NCBI GenBank assembly: GCA_964057225.1
Contig: OZ059899.1
Coordinates: 18,662,001-18,726,000, forward strand
Direction of reading: 5' to 3'
From: Auanema rhodensis
Taxonomy: Eukaryota; Animalia; Nematoda
Length of the DNA stretch: 64,000 bases
Shown here one piece after another: positions 25,275 through 40,700 of this stretch. The notes under the pieces were generated by a model. The model was not told where the DNA came from, ran no database searches, and worked only from the letters and a program-made list of their open reading frames with translations. A program made the position numbers and the translations under genes. The stretch's first letter is position 1. Each line of letters begins with the position of its first letter.

Positions 25275-28200
25275 ATCGAATGCACTATACAACATTGAGA
25301 AACGCTTAATACAAAAATTAGTTATGATCGTTTGAAAAATGATGCATTAGTGTATGTTGAGTTTCCATGTACACTCAACATTGCTTCCAAAAACATTTTT
25401 ACAAAAATTTTTCCGAAAAATTTCGAAACATTTTCGCAAAAAGTAGATGTTTTTAGATTCCTTTTTTCAAGGCAAAGACGATGGACATTGTTATTCAACG
25501 AAAAAATTAATTCTGCAGGGTGAAAATCGAGGATATAAGTGTGAACTTATATCAGTTGATATCTCGGTGCATTTTTAAGCTAGCGCAAATCTGATAACAC
25601 AGATCGTCGCAGCTTAAAAATCCGCATCGAATGCACTATACAACATTGAGAAACGCTTAATACAAAAATTAGTTATGATCGTTTGAAAAATGATGCATTA
25701 GTGTATGTTGAGTTTCCATGTACACTCAACATTGCTTCCAAAAACATTTTGACAAAAATTTTTCCGAAAAATTTCAAAATAGTTTCGCAAAAAGTAGATG
25801 TTTTTAAATTCCTTTTTTCAAGGCAAAAACGATGGACAATGTTATTCAACGAAAAAATTAATTCTCCAGGGTGAAAATCGAGGATGTAAGTGTGAACTTA
25901 TATCAGTTGATATCTCGGTGCATTTTCAAGCTAGCGCAAATCTGATAACACAGATCGACGCAGCTTAAAAATCCGCATCGAATGCACTAAACAACATTGA
26001 GAAACGCTTAATACAAAAATTAGTTATGATCGTTTGAAAAATGATGCATTAGTGTATGTTGAGTTTCCATGTACACTCAACATTGCTTCCAAAAACATTT
26101 TGACAAAAATTTTTCCGAAAAATTTCAAAATAATTTTGCAAAAAGTAGATGTTTTTAGATTCCTTTTTTCAAGGCAAAGACGATGGACAATGTTATTCAA
26201 CGAAAAAATTAATTCTCCAGGGTGAAAATCGAGGATGTAAGTGTGAACTTATATCAGTTGATATCTCGGTGCATTTTTAAGCTAGCGCAAATCTGATAAA
26301 ACAGATCGACGCAGCTTAAAAATCCGCATCGAATGCACTATACAACATTGAGAAACGCTTAATACAAAAATTAGTTATGATCGTTTGAAAAATGATGCAT
26401 TAGTGTATGTTGAGTTTCCATGTACACTCAACATTGCTTCCAAAAACATTTTGACAAAAATTTTTCCGAAAAATTTCAAAATAATTTTGCAAAAAGTAGA
26501 TGTTTTTAGATTCCTTTTTTCAAGGCAAAGACGATGGACAATGTTATTCAACGAAAAAATTAATTCTCCAGGGTGAAAATCGAGGATGTAAGTGTGAACT
26601 TATATCAGTTGATATCTCGGTGCATTTTTAAGCTAGCGCAAATCTGATAACACAGATCGACGCAGCTTAAAAATCCGCATCGAATGCACTAAACAACATT
26701 GAGAAACGCTTAATACAAAAATTAGTTATGATCGTTTGAAAAATGATGCATTAGTGTATGTTGAGTTTCCATGTACACTTAACATTGCTTCCAAAAACAT
26801 TTTTACAAAAATTTTTCCGGAAAATTTCGAAACAATTTCGCAAAAAGTAGATGTTTTTAGATTCCTTTTTTCAAGGCAAAGACGATGGACAATGTTATTC
26901 AACGAAAAAATTAATTCTGCAGGGTGAAAATCGAGGATATAAGTGTGAACTTATATCAGTTGATATCTCGGTGCATTTTTAAGCTAGCGCAAATCTGATA
27001 AAACAGATCGACGCAGCTTAAAAATCCGCATCGAATGCACTATACAACATTGAGAAACGCTTAATACAAAAATTAGTTATGATCGTTTGAAAAATGATGC
27101 ATTAGTGTATGTTGAGTTTCCATGTACACTCAACATTGCTTCCAAAAACATTTTTACAAAAATTTTTCCGAAAAATTTCGAAACATTTTCGCAAAAAGTA
27201 GATGTTTTTAGATTCCTTTTTTCAAGGCAAAGACGATGGACATTGTTATTCAACGAAAAAATTAATTCTGCAGGGTGAAAATCGAGGATATAAGTGTGAA
27301 CTTATATCAGTTGATATCTCGGTGCATTTTTAAGCTAGCGCAAATCTGATAACACAGATCGTCGCAGCTTAAAAATCCGCATCGAATGCACTATACAACA
27401 TTGAGAAACGCTTAATACAAAAATTAGTTATGATCGTTTGAAAAATGATGCATTAGTGTATGTTGAGTTTCCATGTACACTCAACATTGCTTCCAAAAAC
27501 ATTTTGACAAAAATTTTTCCGAAAAATTTCAAAATAATTTCGCAAAAAGTAGATGTTTTTAAATTCCTTTTTTCAAGGCAAAAACGATGGACAATGTTAT
27601 TCAACGAAAAAATTAATTCTCCAGGGTGAAAATCGAGGATGTAAGTGTGAACTTATATCAGTTGATATCTCGGTGCATTTTCAAGCTAGCGCAAATCTGA
27701 TAACACAGATCGACGCAGCTTAAAAATCCGCATCGAATGCACTAAACAACATTGAGAAACGCTTAATACAAAAATTAGTTATGATCGTTTGAAAAATGAT
27801 GCATTAGTGTATGTTGAGTTTCCATGTACACTCAACATTGCTTCCAAAAACATTTTGACAAAAATTTTTCCGAAAAATTTCAAAATAATTTTGCAAAAAG
27901 TAGATGTTTTTAGATTCCTTTTTTCAAGGCAAAGACGATGGACAATGTTATTCAACGAAAAAATTAATTCTCCAGGGTGAAAATCGAGGATGTAAGTGTG
28001 AACTTATATCAGTTGATATCTCGGTGCATTTTTAAGCTAGCGCAAATCTGATAAAACAGATCGACGCAGCTTAAAAATCCGCATCGAATGCACTATACAA
28101 CATTGAGAAACGCTTAATACAAAAATTAGTTATGATCGTTTGAAAAATGATGCATTAGTGTATGTTGAGTTTCCATGTACACTCAACATTGCTTCCAAAA

Positions 28201-28784
28201 ACATTTTGACAAAAATTTTTCCGAAAAATTTCAAAATAATTTTGCAAAAAGTAGATGTTTTTAGATTCCTTTTTTCAAGGCAAAGACGATGGACAATGTT
28301 ATTCAACGAAAAAATTAATTCTCCAGGGTGAAAATCGAGGATGTAAGTGTGAACTTATATCAGTTGATATCTCGGTGCATTTTTAAGCTAGCGCAAATCT
28401 GATAACACAGATCGACGCAGCTTAAAAATCCGCATCGAATGCACTAAACAACATTGAGAAACGCTTAATACAAAAATTAGTTATGATCGTTTGAAAAATG
28501 ATGCATTAGTGTATGTTGAGTTTCCATGTACACTTAACATTGCTTCCAAAAACATTTTTACAAAAATTTTTCCGGAAAATTTCGAAACAATTTCGCAAAA
28601 AGTAGATGTTTTTAGATTCCTTTTTTCAAGGCAAAGACGATGGACAATGTTATTCAACGAAAAAATTAATTCTGCAGGGTGAAAATCGAGGATATAAGTG
28701 TGAACTTATATCAGTTGATATCTCGGTGCATTTTTAAGCTAGCGCAAATCTGATAACACAGATCGACGCAGCTTAAAAAGCCGC
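25275..28784. repeat. Higher-order repeat: 5-monomer unit (1755 bp) x2
   Basis: Units at ORF starts 25332-26736 match those at 27087-28491 in variant order, including GATCGTCG, CACTAAAC and ACACTTAAC. Confidence 0.8.
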
Positions 28785-31700
28785 ATCGAATGCACTATAC
28801 AACATTGAGAAACGCTTAATACAAAAATTAGTTATGATCGTTTGAAAAATAATGCATTAGTGTATGTTGAGTTTCCATGTACACTCAACATTGCTTCCAA
28901 AAACATTTTTACAAAAATTTTTCCGAAAAATTTCGGAACATTTTCGCAAAAAGTAGATGTTTTTAGATTCCTTTTTTCAAGGCAAAGACGATGGACATTG
29001 TTATTCAACGGAAAAATTAATTCTGCAGGGTGAAAATCGAGGATATAAGTGTGAACTTATATCAGTTGATATCTCGGTGCATTTTTAAGCTAGCGCAAAT
29101 CTGATAACACAGATCGACGCAGCTTAAAAATCCGCATCGAATGCACTATACAACATTGAGAAACGCTTAATACAAAAATTAGTTATGATCGTTTGAAAAA
29201 TGATGCATTAGTGTATGTTGAGTTTCCATGTACACTCAACATTGCTTCCAAAAACATTTTGACAAAAATTTTTCCGAAAAATTTCAAAATAATTTCGCAA
29301 AAAGTAGATGTTTTTAAATTCCTTTTTTCAAGGCAAAAACGATGGACAATGTTATTCAACGAAAAAATTAATTCTCCAGGGTGAAAATCGAGGATGTAAG
29401 TGTGAACTTATATCAGTTGATATCTCGGTGCATTTTCAAGCTAGCGCAAATCTGATAACACAGATCGACGCAGCTTAAAAAGCCGCATCGAATGCACTAT
29501 ACAACATTGAGAAACGCTTAATACGAAAATTAGTTATGATCGTTTGAAAAATGATGCATTAGTGTATGTTGAGTTTCCATGTACACTCAACATTGCTTCC
29601 AAAAACATTTTTACAAAAATTTTTCCGAAAAATTTCGAAACATTTTCGCAAAAAGTAGATGTTTTTAGATTCCTTTTTTCAAGGCAAAGACGATGGACAA
29701 TGTTATTCAATGAAAAAATTAATTCTGCAGGGTGAAAATCGAGGATATAAGTGTGAACTTATATCAGTTGATATCTCGGTGCATTTTTAAGCTAGCGCAA
29801 ATCTGATAACACAGATCGTCGCAGCTTAAAAATCCGCATCGAATGCACTATACAACATTGAGAAACGCTTAATACAAAAATTAGTTATGATCGTTTGAAA
29901 AATGATGCATTAGTGTATGTTGAGTTTCCATGTACACTCAACATTGCTTCCAAAAACATTTTGACAAAAATTTTTCCGAAAAATTTCAAAATAATTTCGC
30001 AAAAAGTAGATGTTTTTAAATTCCTTTTTTCAAGGCAAAAACGATGGACAATGTTATTCAACGAAAAAATTAATTCTCCAGGGTGAAAATCGAGGATGTA
30101 AGTGTGAACTTATATCAGTTGATATCTCGGTGCATTTTTAAGCTAGCGCAAATCTGATAACACAGATCGACGCAGCTTAAAAATCCGCATCGAATGCACT
30201 AAACAACATTGAGAAACGCTTAATACAAAAATTAGTTATGATCGTTTGAAAAATGATGCATTAGTGTATGTTGAGTTTCCATGTACACTCAACATTGCTT
30301 CCAAAAACATTTTGACAAAAATTTTTCCGAAAAATTTCAGAATAATTTTGCAAAAAGTAGATGTTTTTAGATTCCTTTTTTCAAGGCAAAGACGATGGAC
30401 AATGTTATTCAACGAAAAAATTAATTCTCCAGGGTGAAAATCGAGGATGTAAGTGTGAACTTATATCAGTTGATATCTCGGTGCATTTTTAAGCTAGCGC
30501 AAATCTGATAACACAGATCGACGCAGCTTAAAAATCCGCATCGAATGCACTAAACAACATTGAGAAACGCTTAATACAAAAATTAGTTATGATCGTTTGA
30601 AAAATGATGCATTAGTGTATGTTGAGTTTCCATGTACACTCAACATTGCTTCCAAAAACATTTTTACAAAAATTTTTCCGGAAAATTTCGAAACAATTTC
30701 GCAAAAAGTAGATGTTTTTAGATTCCTTTTTTCAAGGCAAAGACGATGGACAATGTTATTCAACGAAAAAATTAATTCTGCAGGGTGAAAATCGAGGATA
30801 TAAGTGTGAACTTATATCAGTTGATATCTCGGTGCATTTTTAAGCTAGCGCAAATCTGATAACACAGATCGACGCAGCTTAAAAAGCCGCATCGAATGCA
30901 CTATACAACATTGAGAAACGCTTAATACAAAAATTAGTTATGATCGTTTGAAAAATGATGCATTAGTGTATGTTGAGTTTCCATGTACACTCAACATTGC
31001 TTCCAAAAACATTTTGACAAAAATTTTTCCGAAAAATTTCAAAATAATTTCGCAAAAAGTAGATGTTTTTAAATTCCTTTTTTCAAGGCAAAAACGATGG
31101 ACAATGTTATTCAACGAAAAAATTAATTCTCCAGGGTGAAAATCGAGGATGTAAGTGTGAACTTATATCAGTTGATATCTCGGTGCATTTTCAAGCTAGC
31201 GCAAATCTGATAACACAGATCGACGCAGCTTAAAAATCCGCATCGAATGCACTATACAACATTGAGAAACGCTTAATACAAAAATTAGTTATGATCGTTT
31301 GAAAAATGATGCATTAGTGTATGTTGAGTTTCCATGTACACTCAACATTGCTTCCAAAAACATTTTGACAAAAATTTTTCCGAAAAATTTCAAAATAATT
31401 TTGCAAAAAGTAGATGTTTTTAGATTCCTTTTTTCAAGGCAAAGACGATGGACAATGTTATTCAACGAAAAAATTAATTCTCCAGGGTGAAAATCGAGGA
31501 TGTAAGTGTGAACTTATATCAGTTGATATCTCGGTGCATTTTTAAGCTAGCGCAAATCTGATAAAACAGATCGACGCAGCTTAAAAATCCGCATCGAATG
31601 CACTATACAACATTGAGAAACGCTTAATACAAAAATTAGTTATGATCGTTTGAAAAATGATGCATTAGTGTATGTTGAGTTTCCATGTACACTCAACATT

Positions 31701-34700
31701 GCTTCCAAAAACATTTTGACAAAAATTTTTCCGAAAAATTTCAAAATAATTTTGCAAAAAGTAGATGTTTTTAGATTCCTTTTTTCAAGGCAAAGACGAT
31801 GGACAATGTTATTCAACGAAAAAATTAATTCTCCAGGGTGAAAATCGAGGATGTAAGTGTGAACTTATATCAGTTGATATCTCGGTGCATTTTTAAGCTA
31901 GCGCAAATCTGATAAAACAGATCGACGCAGCTTAAAAATCCGCATCGAATGCACTATACAACATTGAGAAACGCTTAATACAAAAATTAGTTATGATCGT
32001 TTGAAAAATGATGCATTAGTGTATGTTGAGTTTCCATGTACACTCAACATTGCTTCCAAAAACATTTTGACAAAAATTTTTCCGAAAAATTTCAAAATAA
32101 TTTTGCAAAAAGTAGCTGTTTTTAGATTCCTTTTTTCAAGGCAAAGACGATGGACAATGTTATTCAACGAAAAAATTAATTCTCCAGGGTGAAAATCGAG
32201 GATGTAAGTGTGAACTTATATCAGTTGATATCTCGGTGCATTTTTAAGCTAGCGCAAATCTGATAACACAGATCGACGCAGCTTAAAAATCCGCATCGAA
32301 TGCACTAAACAACATTGAGAAACGCTTAATACAAAAATTAGTTATGATCGTTTGAAAAATGATGCATTAGTGTATGTTGAGTTTCCATGTACACTTAACA
32401 TTGCTTCCAAAAACATTTTTACAAAAATTTTTCCGGAAAATTTCGAAACAATTTCGCAAAAAGTAGATGTTTTTAGATTCCTTTTTTCAAGGCAAAGACG
32501 ATGGACAATGTTATTCAACGAAAAAATTAATTCTGCAGGGTGAAAATCGAGGATATAAGTGTGAACTTATATCAGTTGATATCTCGGTGCATTTTTAAGC
32601 TAGCGCAAATCTGATAACACAGATCGACGCAGCTTAAAAAGCCGCATCGAATGCACTATACAACATTGAGAAACGCTTAATACAAAAATTAGTTATGATC
32701 GTTTGAAAAATAATGCATTAGTGTATGTTGAGTTTCCATGTACACTCAACATTGCTTCCAAAAACATTTTTACAAAAATTTTTCCGAAAAATTTCGGAAC
32801 ATTTTCGCAAAAAGTAGATGTTTTTAGATTCCTTTTTTCAAGGCAAAGACGATGGACATTGTTATTCAACGGAAAAATTAATTCTGCAGGGTGAAAATCG
32901 AGGATATAAGTGTGAACTTATATCAGTTGATATCTCGGTGCATTTTTAAGCTAGCGCAAATCTGATAACACAGATCGACGCAGCTTAAAAATCCGCATCG
33001 AATGCACTATACAACATTGAGAAACGCTTAATACAAAAATTAGTTATGATCGTTTGAAAAATGATGCATTAGTGTATGTTGAGTTTCCATGTACACTCAA
33101 CATTGCTTCCAAAAACATTTTGACAAAAATTTTTCCGAAAAATTTCAAAATAATTTCGCAAAAAGTAGATGTTTTTAAATTCCTTTTTTCAAGGCAAAAA
33201 CGATGGACAATGTTATTCAACGAAAAAATTAATTCTCCAGGGTGAAAATCGAGGATGTAAGTGTGAACTTATATCAGTTGATATCTCGGTGCATTTTCAA
33301 GCTAGCGCAAATCTGATAACACAGATCGACGCAGCTTAAAAAGCCGCATCGAATGCACTATACAACATTGAGAAACGCTTAATACGAAAATTAGTTATGA
33401 TCGTTTGAAAAATGATGCATTAGTGTATGTTGAGTTTCCATGTACACTCAACATTGCTTCCAAAAACATTTTTACAAAAATTTTTCCGAAAAATTTCGAA
33501 ACATTTTCGCAAAAAGTAGATGTTTTTAGATTCCTTTTTTCAAGGCAAAGACGATGGACAATGTTATTCAATGAAAAAATTAATTCTGCAGGGTGAAAAT
33601 CGAGGATATAAGTGTGAACTTATATCAGTTGATATCTCGGTGCATTTTTAAGCTAGCGCAAATCTGATAACACAGATCGTCGCAGCTTAAAAATCCGCAT
33701 CGAATGCACTATACAACATTGAGAAACGCTTAATACAAAAATTAGTTATGATCGTTTGAAAAATGATGCATTAGTGTATGTTGAGTTTCCATGTACACTC
33801 AACATTGCTTCCAAAAACATTTTGACAAAAATTTTTCCGAAAAATTTCAAAATAATTTCGCAAAAAGTAGATGTTTTTAAATTCCTTTTTTCAAGGCAAA
33901 AACGATGGACAATGTTATTCAACGAAAAAATTAATTCTCCAGGGTGAAAATCGAGGATGTAAGTGTGAACTTATATCAGTTGATATCTCGGTGCATTTTT
34001 AAGCTAGCGCAAATCTGATAACACAGATCGACGCAGCTTAAAAATCCGCATCGAATGCACTAAACAACATTGAGAAACGCTTAATACAAAAATTAGTTAT
34101 GATCGTTTGAAAAATGATGCATTAGTGTATGTTGAGTTTCCATGTACACTCAACATTGCTTCCAAAAACATTTTGACAAAAATTTTTCCGAAAAATTTCA
34201 GAATAATTTTGCAAAAAGTAGATGTTTTTAGATTCCTTTTTTCAAGGCAAAGACGATGGACAATGTTATTCAACGAAAAAATTAATTCTCCAGGGTGAAA
34301 ATCGAGGATGTAAGTGTGAACTTATATCAGTTGATATCTCGGTGCATTTTTAAGCTAGCGCAAATCTGATAACACAGATCGACGCAGCTTAAAAATCCGC
34401 ATCGAATGCACTAAACAACATTGAGAAACGCTTAATACAAAAATTAGTTATGATCGTTTGAAAAATGATGCATTAGTGTATGTTGAGTTTCCATGTACAC
34501 TCAACATTGCTTCCAAAAACATTTTTACAAAAATTTTTCCGGAAAATTTCGAAACAATTTCGCAAAAAGTAGATGTTTTTAGATTCCTTTTTTCAAGGCA
34601 AAGACGATGGACAATGTTATTCAACGAAAAAATTAATTCTGCAGGGTGAAAATCGAGGATATAAGTGTGAACTTATATCAGTTGATATCTCGGTGCATTT

Positions 34701-37700
34701 TTAAGCTAGCGCAAATCTGATAACACAGATCGACGCAGCTTAAAAAGCCGCATCGAATGCACTATACAACATTGAGAAACGCTTAATACAAAAATTAGTT
34801 ATGATCGTTTGAAAAATGATGCATTAGTGTATGTTGAGTTTCCATGTACACTCAACATTGCTTCCAAAAACATTTTGACAAAAATTTTTCCGAAAAATTT
34901 CAAAATAATTTCGCAAAAAGTAGATGTTTTTAAATTCCTTTTTTCAAGGCAAAAACGATGGACAATGTTATTCAACGAAAAAATTAATTCTCCAGGGTGA
35001 AAATCGAGGATGTAAGTGTGAACTTATATCAGTTGATATCTCGGTGCATTTTCAAGCTAGCGCAAATCTGATAACACAGATCGACGCAGCTTAAAAATCC
35101 GCATCGAATGCACTATACAACATTGAGAAACGCTTAATACAAAAATTAGTTATGATCGTTTGAAAAATGATGCATTAGTGTATGTTGAGTTTCCATGTAC
35201 ACTCAACATTGCTTCCAAAAACATTTTTACAAAAATTTTTCCGGAAAATTTCGAAACAATTTCGCAAAAAGTAGATGTTTTTAGATTCCTTTTTCCAAGG
35301 CAAAGACGATGGACAATGTTATTCAACGAAAAAATTAATTCTGCAGGGTGAAAATCGAGGATATAAGTGTAAACTTATATCAGTTGATATCTCGGTGCAT
35401 TTTTAAGCTAGCGCAAATCTGATAACACAGATCGACGCAGCTTAAAAATCCGCATCGAATGCACTATACAACATTGAGAAACGCTTAATACAAAAATTAG
35501 TTATGATCGTTTGAAAAATGATGCATTAGTGTATGTTGAGTTTCCATGTACACTCAACATTGCTTCCAAAAACATTTTGACAAAAATTTTTCCGAAAAAT
35601 TTCAAAATAATTTTGCAAAAAGTAGATGTTTTTAGATTCCTTTTTTCAAGGCAAAGACAATGGACAATGTTATTCAACGAAAAAAGTAATTCTCCAGGGT
35701 GAAAATCGAGGATGTAAGTGTGAACTTATATCAGTTGATATCTCGGTGCATTTTTAAGCTAGCGCAAATCTGATAACACAGATCGACGCAGCGTAAAAAT
35801 CCGCATCGAATGCACTATACAACATTGAGAAACGCTTAATACAAAAATTAGTTATGATCGTTTGAAAAATGATGCATTAGTGTATGTTGAGTTTCCATGT
35901 ACACTCAACATTGCTTCCAAAAACATTTTGACAAAAATTTTTCCGAAAAATTTCAAAATAATTTCGCAAAAAGTAGATGTTTTTAAATTCCTTTTTTCAA
36001 GGCAAAAACGATGGACAATGTTATTCAACGAAAAAATTAATTCTCCAGGGTGAAAATCGAGGATGTAAGTGTTAACTTATATCAGTTGATATCTCGGTGC
36101 ATTTTCAAGCTAGCGCAAATCTGATAACACAGATCGACGCAGCTTAAAATCCCGCATCGAATGCACTATACAACATTGAGAAACGCTTAATACAAAAATT
36201 AGTTATGATCGTTTGAAAAATGATGCATTAGTGTATGTTGAGTTTCCATGTACACTCAACATTGCTTCCAAAAACATTTTTACAAAAATTTTTCCGAAAA
36301 ATTTCGAAACAATTTCGCAAAAAGTAGATGTTTTTAGATTCCTTTTTTCAAGGCAAAGACGATGGACATTGTTATTCAACGAAAAAATTAATTCTGCAGG
36401 GTGAAAATCGAGGATATAAGTGTGAACTTATATCAGTTGATATCTCGGTGCATTTTTAAGCTAGCGCAAATCTGATAACACAGATCGACGCAGCTTAAAA
36501 ATCCGCATCGAATGCACTATACAACATTGAGAAACGCTTAATACAAAAATTATTTATGATCGTTTGAAAAATGATGCATTAGTGTATGTTGAGTTTCCAT
36601 GTACACTCAACATTGCTTCCAAAAACATTTTGACAAAAATTTTTCCGAAAAATTTCAAAATAATTTTGCAAAAAGTAGATGTTTTTAGATTCCTTTTTTC
36701 AAGGCAAAGACGATGGACAATGTTATTCAACGAAAAAATTAATTCTCCAGGGTGAAAATCGAGGATGTAAGTGTGAACTTATATCAGTTGATATCTCGGT
36801 GCATTTTTAAGCTAGCGCAAATCTGATAACACAGATCGACGCAGCTTAAAAATCCGCATCGAATGCACTAAACAACATTGAGAAACGCTTAATACAAAAA
36901 TTAGTTATGATCGTTTGAAAAATGATGCATTAGTGTATGTTGAGTTTCCATGTACACTTAACATTGCTTCCAAAAACATTTTTACAAAAATTTTTCCGGA
37001 AAATTTCGAAACAATTTCGCAAAAAGTAGATGTTTTTAGATTCCTTTTTTCAAGGCAAAGACGATGGACAATGTTATTCAACGAAAAAATTAATTCTGCA
37101 GGGTGAAAATCGAGGATATAAGTGTGAACTTATATCAGTTGATATCTCGGTGCATTTTTAAGCTAGCGCAAATCTGATAAAACAGATCGACGCAGCTTAA
37201 AAATCCGCATCGAATGCACTATACAACATTGAGAAACGCTTAATACAAAAATTAGTTATGATCGTTTGAAAAATGATGCATTAGTGTATGTTGAGTTTCC
37301 ATGTACACTCAACATTGCTTCCAAAAACATTTTTACAAAAATTTTTCCGAAAAATTTCGAAACATTTTCGCAAAAAGTAGATGTTTTTAGATTCCTTTTT
37401 TCAAGGCAAAGACGATGGACATTGTTATTCAACGAAAAAATTAATTCTGCAGGGTGAAAATCGAGGATATAAGTGTGAACTTATATCAGTTGATATCTCG
37501 GTGCATTTTTAAGCTAGCGCAAATCTGATAACACAGATCGTCGCAGCTTAAAAATCCGCATCGAATGCACTATACAACATTGAGAAACGCTTAATACAAA
37601 AATTAGTTATGATCGTTTGAAAAATGATGCATTAGTGTATGTTGAGTTTCCATGTACACTCAACATTGCTTCCAAAAACATTTTGACAAAAATTTTTCCG

Positions 37701-40700
37701 AAAAATTTCAAAATAATTTCGCAAAAAGTAGATGTTTTTAAATTCCTTTTTTCAAGGCAAAAACGATGGACAATGTTATTCAACGAAAAAATTAATTCTC
37801 CAGGGTGAAAATCGAGGATGTAAGTGTGAACTTATATCAGTTGATATCTCGGTGCATTTTCAAGCTAGCGCAAATCTGATAACACAGATCGACGCAGCTT
37901 AAAAATCCGCATCGAATGCACTAAACAACATTGAGAAACGCTTAATACAAAAATTAGTTATGATCGTTTGAAAAATGATGCATTAGTGTATGTTGAGTTT
38001 CCATGTACACTCAACATTGCTTCCAAAAACATTTTGACAAAAATTTTTCCGAAAAATTTCAAAATAATTTTGCAAAAAGTAGATGTTTTTAGATTCCTTT
38101 TTTCAAGGCAAAGACGATGGACAATGTTATTCAACGAAAAAATTAATTCTCCAGGGTGAAAATCGAGGATGTAAGTGTGAACTTATATCAGTTGATATCT
38201 CGGTGCATTTTTAAGCTAGCGCAAATCTGATAAAACAGATCGACGCAGCTTAAAAATCCGCATCGAATGCACTATACAACATTGAGAAACGCTTAATACA
38301 AAAATTAGTTATGATCGTTTGAAAAATGATGCATTAGTGTATGTTGAGTTTCCATGTACACTCAACATTGCTTCCAAAAACATTTTGACAAAAATTTTTC
38401 CGAAAAATTTCAAAATAATTTTGCAAAAAGTAGATGTTTTTAGATTCCTTTTTTCAAGGCAAAGACGATGGACAATGTTATTCAACGAAAAAATTAATTC
38501 TCCAGGGTGAAAATCGAGGATGTAAGTGTGAACTTATATCAGTTGATATCTCGGTGCATTTTTAAGCTAGCGCAAATCTGATAACACAGATCGACGCAGC
38601 TTAAAAATCCGCATCGAATGCACTAAACAACATTGAGAAACGCTTAATACAAAAATTAGTTATGATCGTTTGAAAAATGATGCATTAGTGTATGTTGAGT
38701 TTCCATGTACACTTAACATTGCTTCCAAAAACATTTTTACAAAAATTTTTCCGGAAAATTTCGAAACAATTTCGCAAAAAGTAGATGTTTTTAGATTCCT
38801 TTTTTCAAGGCAAAGACGATGGACAATGTTATTCAACGAAAAAATTAATTCTGCAGGGTGAAAATCGAGGATATAAGTGTGAACTTATATCAGTTGATAT
38901 CTCGGTGCATTTTTAAGCTAGCGCAAATCTGATAACACAGATCGACGCAGCTTAAAAAGCCGCATCGAATGCACTATACAACATTGAGAAACGCTTAATA
39001 CAAAAATTAGTTATGATCGTTTGAAAAATGATGCATTAGTGTATGTTGAGTTTCCATGTACACTCAACATTGCTTCCAAAAACATTTTTACAAAAATTTT
39101 TCCGAAAAATTTCGGAACATTTTCGCAAAAAGTAGATGTTTTTAGATTCCTTTTTTCAAGGCAAAGACGATGGACATTGTTATTCAACGGAAAAATTAAT
39201 TCTGCAGGGTGAAAATCGAGGATATAAGTGTGAACTTATATCAGTTGATATCTCGGTGCATTTTTAAGCTAGCGCAAATCTGATAACACAGATCGACGCA
39301 GCTTAAAAATCCGCATCGAATGCACTATACAACATTGAGAAACGCTTAATACAAAAATTAGTTATGATCGTTTGAAAAATGATGCATTAGTGTATGTTGA
39401 GTTTCCATGTACACTCAACATTGCTTCCAAAAACATTTTGACAAAAATTTTTCCGAAAAATTTCAAAATAATTTCGCAAAAAGTAGATGTTTTTAAATTC
39501 CTTTTTTCAAGGCAAAAACGATGGACAATGTTATTCAACGAAAAAATTAATTCTCCAGGGTGAAAATCGAGGATGTAAGTGTGAACTTATATCAGTTGAT
39601 ATCTCGGTGCATTTTCAAGCTAGCGCAAATCTGATAACACAGATCGACGCAGCTTAAAAAGCCGCATCGAATGCACTATACAACATTGAGAAACGCTTAA
39701 TACGAAAATTAGTTATGATCGTTTGAAAAATGATGCATTAGTGTATGTTGAGTTTCCATGTACACTCAACATTGCTTCCAAAAACATTTTTACAAAAATT
39801 TTTCCGAAAAATTTCGAAACATTTTCGCAAAAAGTAGATGTTTTTAGATTCCTTTTTTCAAGGCAAAGACGATGGACAATGTTATTCAATGAAAAAATTA
39901 ATTCTGCAGGGTGAAAATCGAGGATATAAGTGTGAACTTATATCAGTTGATATCTCGGTGCATTTTTAAGCTAGCGCAAATCTGATAACACAGATCGTCG
40001 CAGCTTAAAAATCCGCATCGAATGCACTATACAACATTGAGAAACGCTTAATACAAAAATTAGTTATGATCGTTTGAAAAATGATGCATTAGTGTATGTT
40101 GAGTTTCCATGTACACTCAACATTGCTTCCAAAAACATTTTGACAAAAATTTTTCCGAAAAATTTCAAAATAATTTCGCAAAAAGTAGATGTTTTTAAAT
40201 TCCTTTTTTCAAGGCAAAAACGATGGACAATGTTATTCAACGAAAAAATTAATTCTCCAGGGTGAAAATCGAGGATGTAAGTGTGAACTTATATCAGTTG
40301 ATATCTCGGTGCATTTTTAAGCTAGCGCAAATCTGATAACACAGATCGACGCAGCTTAAAAATCCGCATCGAATGCACTAAACAACATTGAGAAACGCTT
40401 AATACAAAAATTAGTTATGATCATTTGAAAAATGATGCATTAGTGTATGTTGAGTTTCCATGTACACTCAACATTGCTTCCAAAAACATTTTGACAAAAA
40501 TTTTTCCGAAAAATTTCAGAATAATTTTGCAAAAAGTAGATGTTTTTAGATTCCTTTTTTCAAGGCAAAGACGATGGACAATGTTATTCAACGAAAAAAT
40601 TAATTCTCCAGGGTGAAAATCGAGGATGTAAGTGTGAACTTATATCAGTTGATATCTCGGTGCATTTTTAAGCTAGCGCAAATCTGATAACACAGATCGA

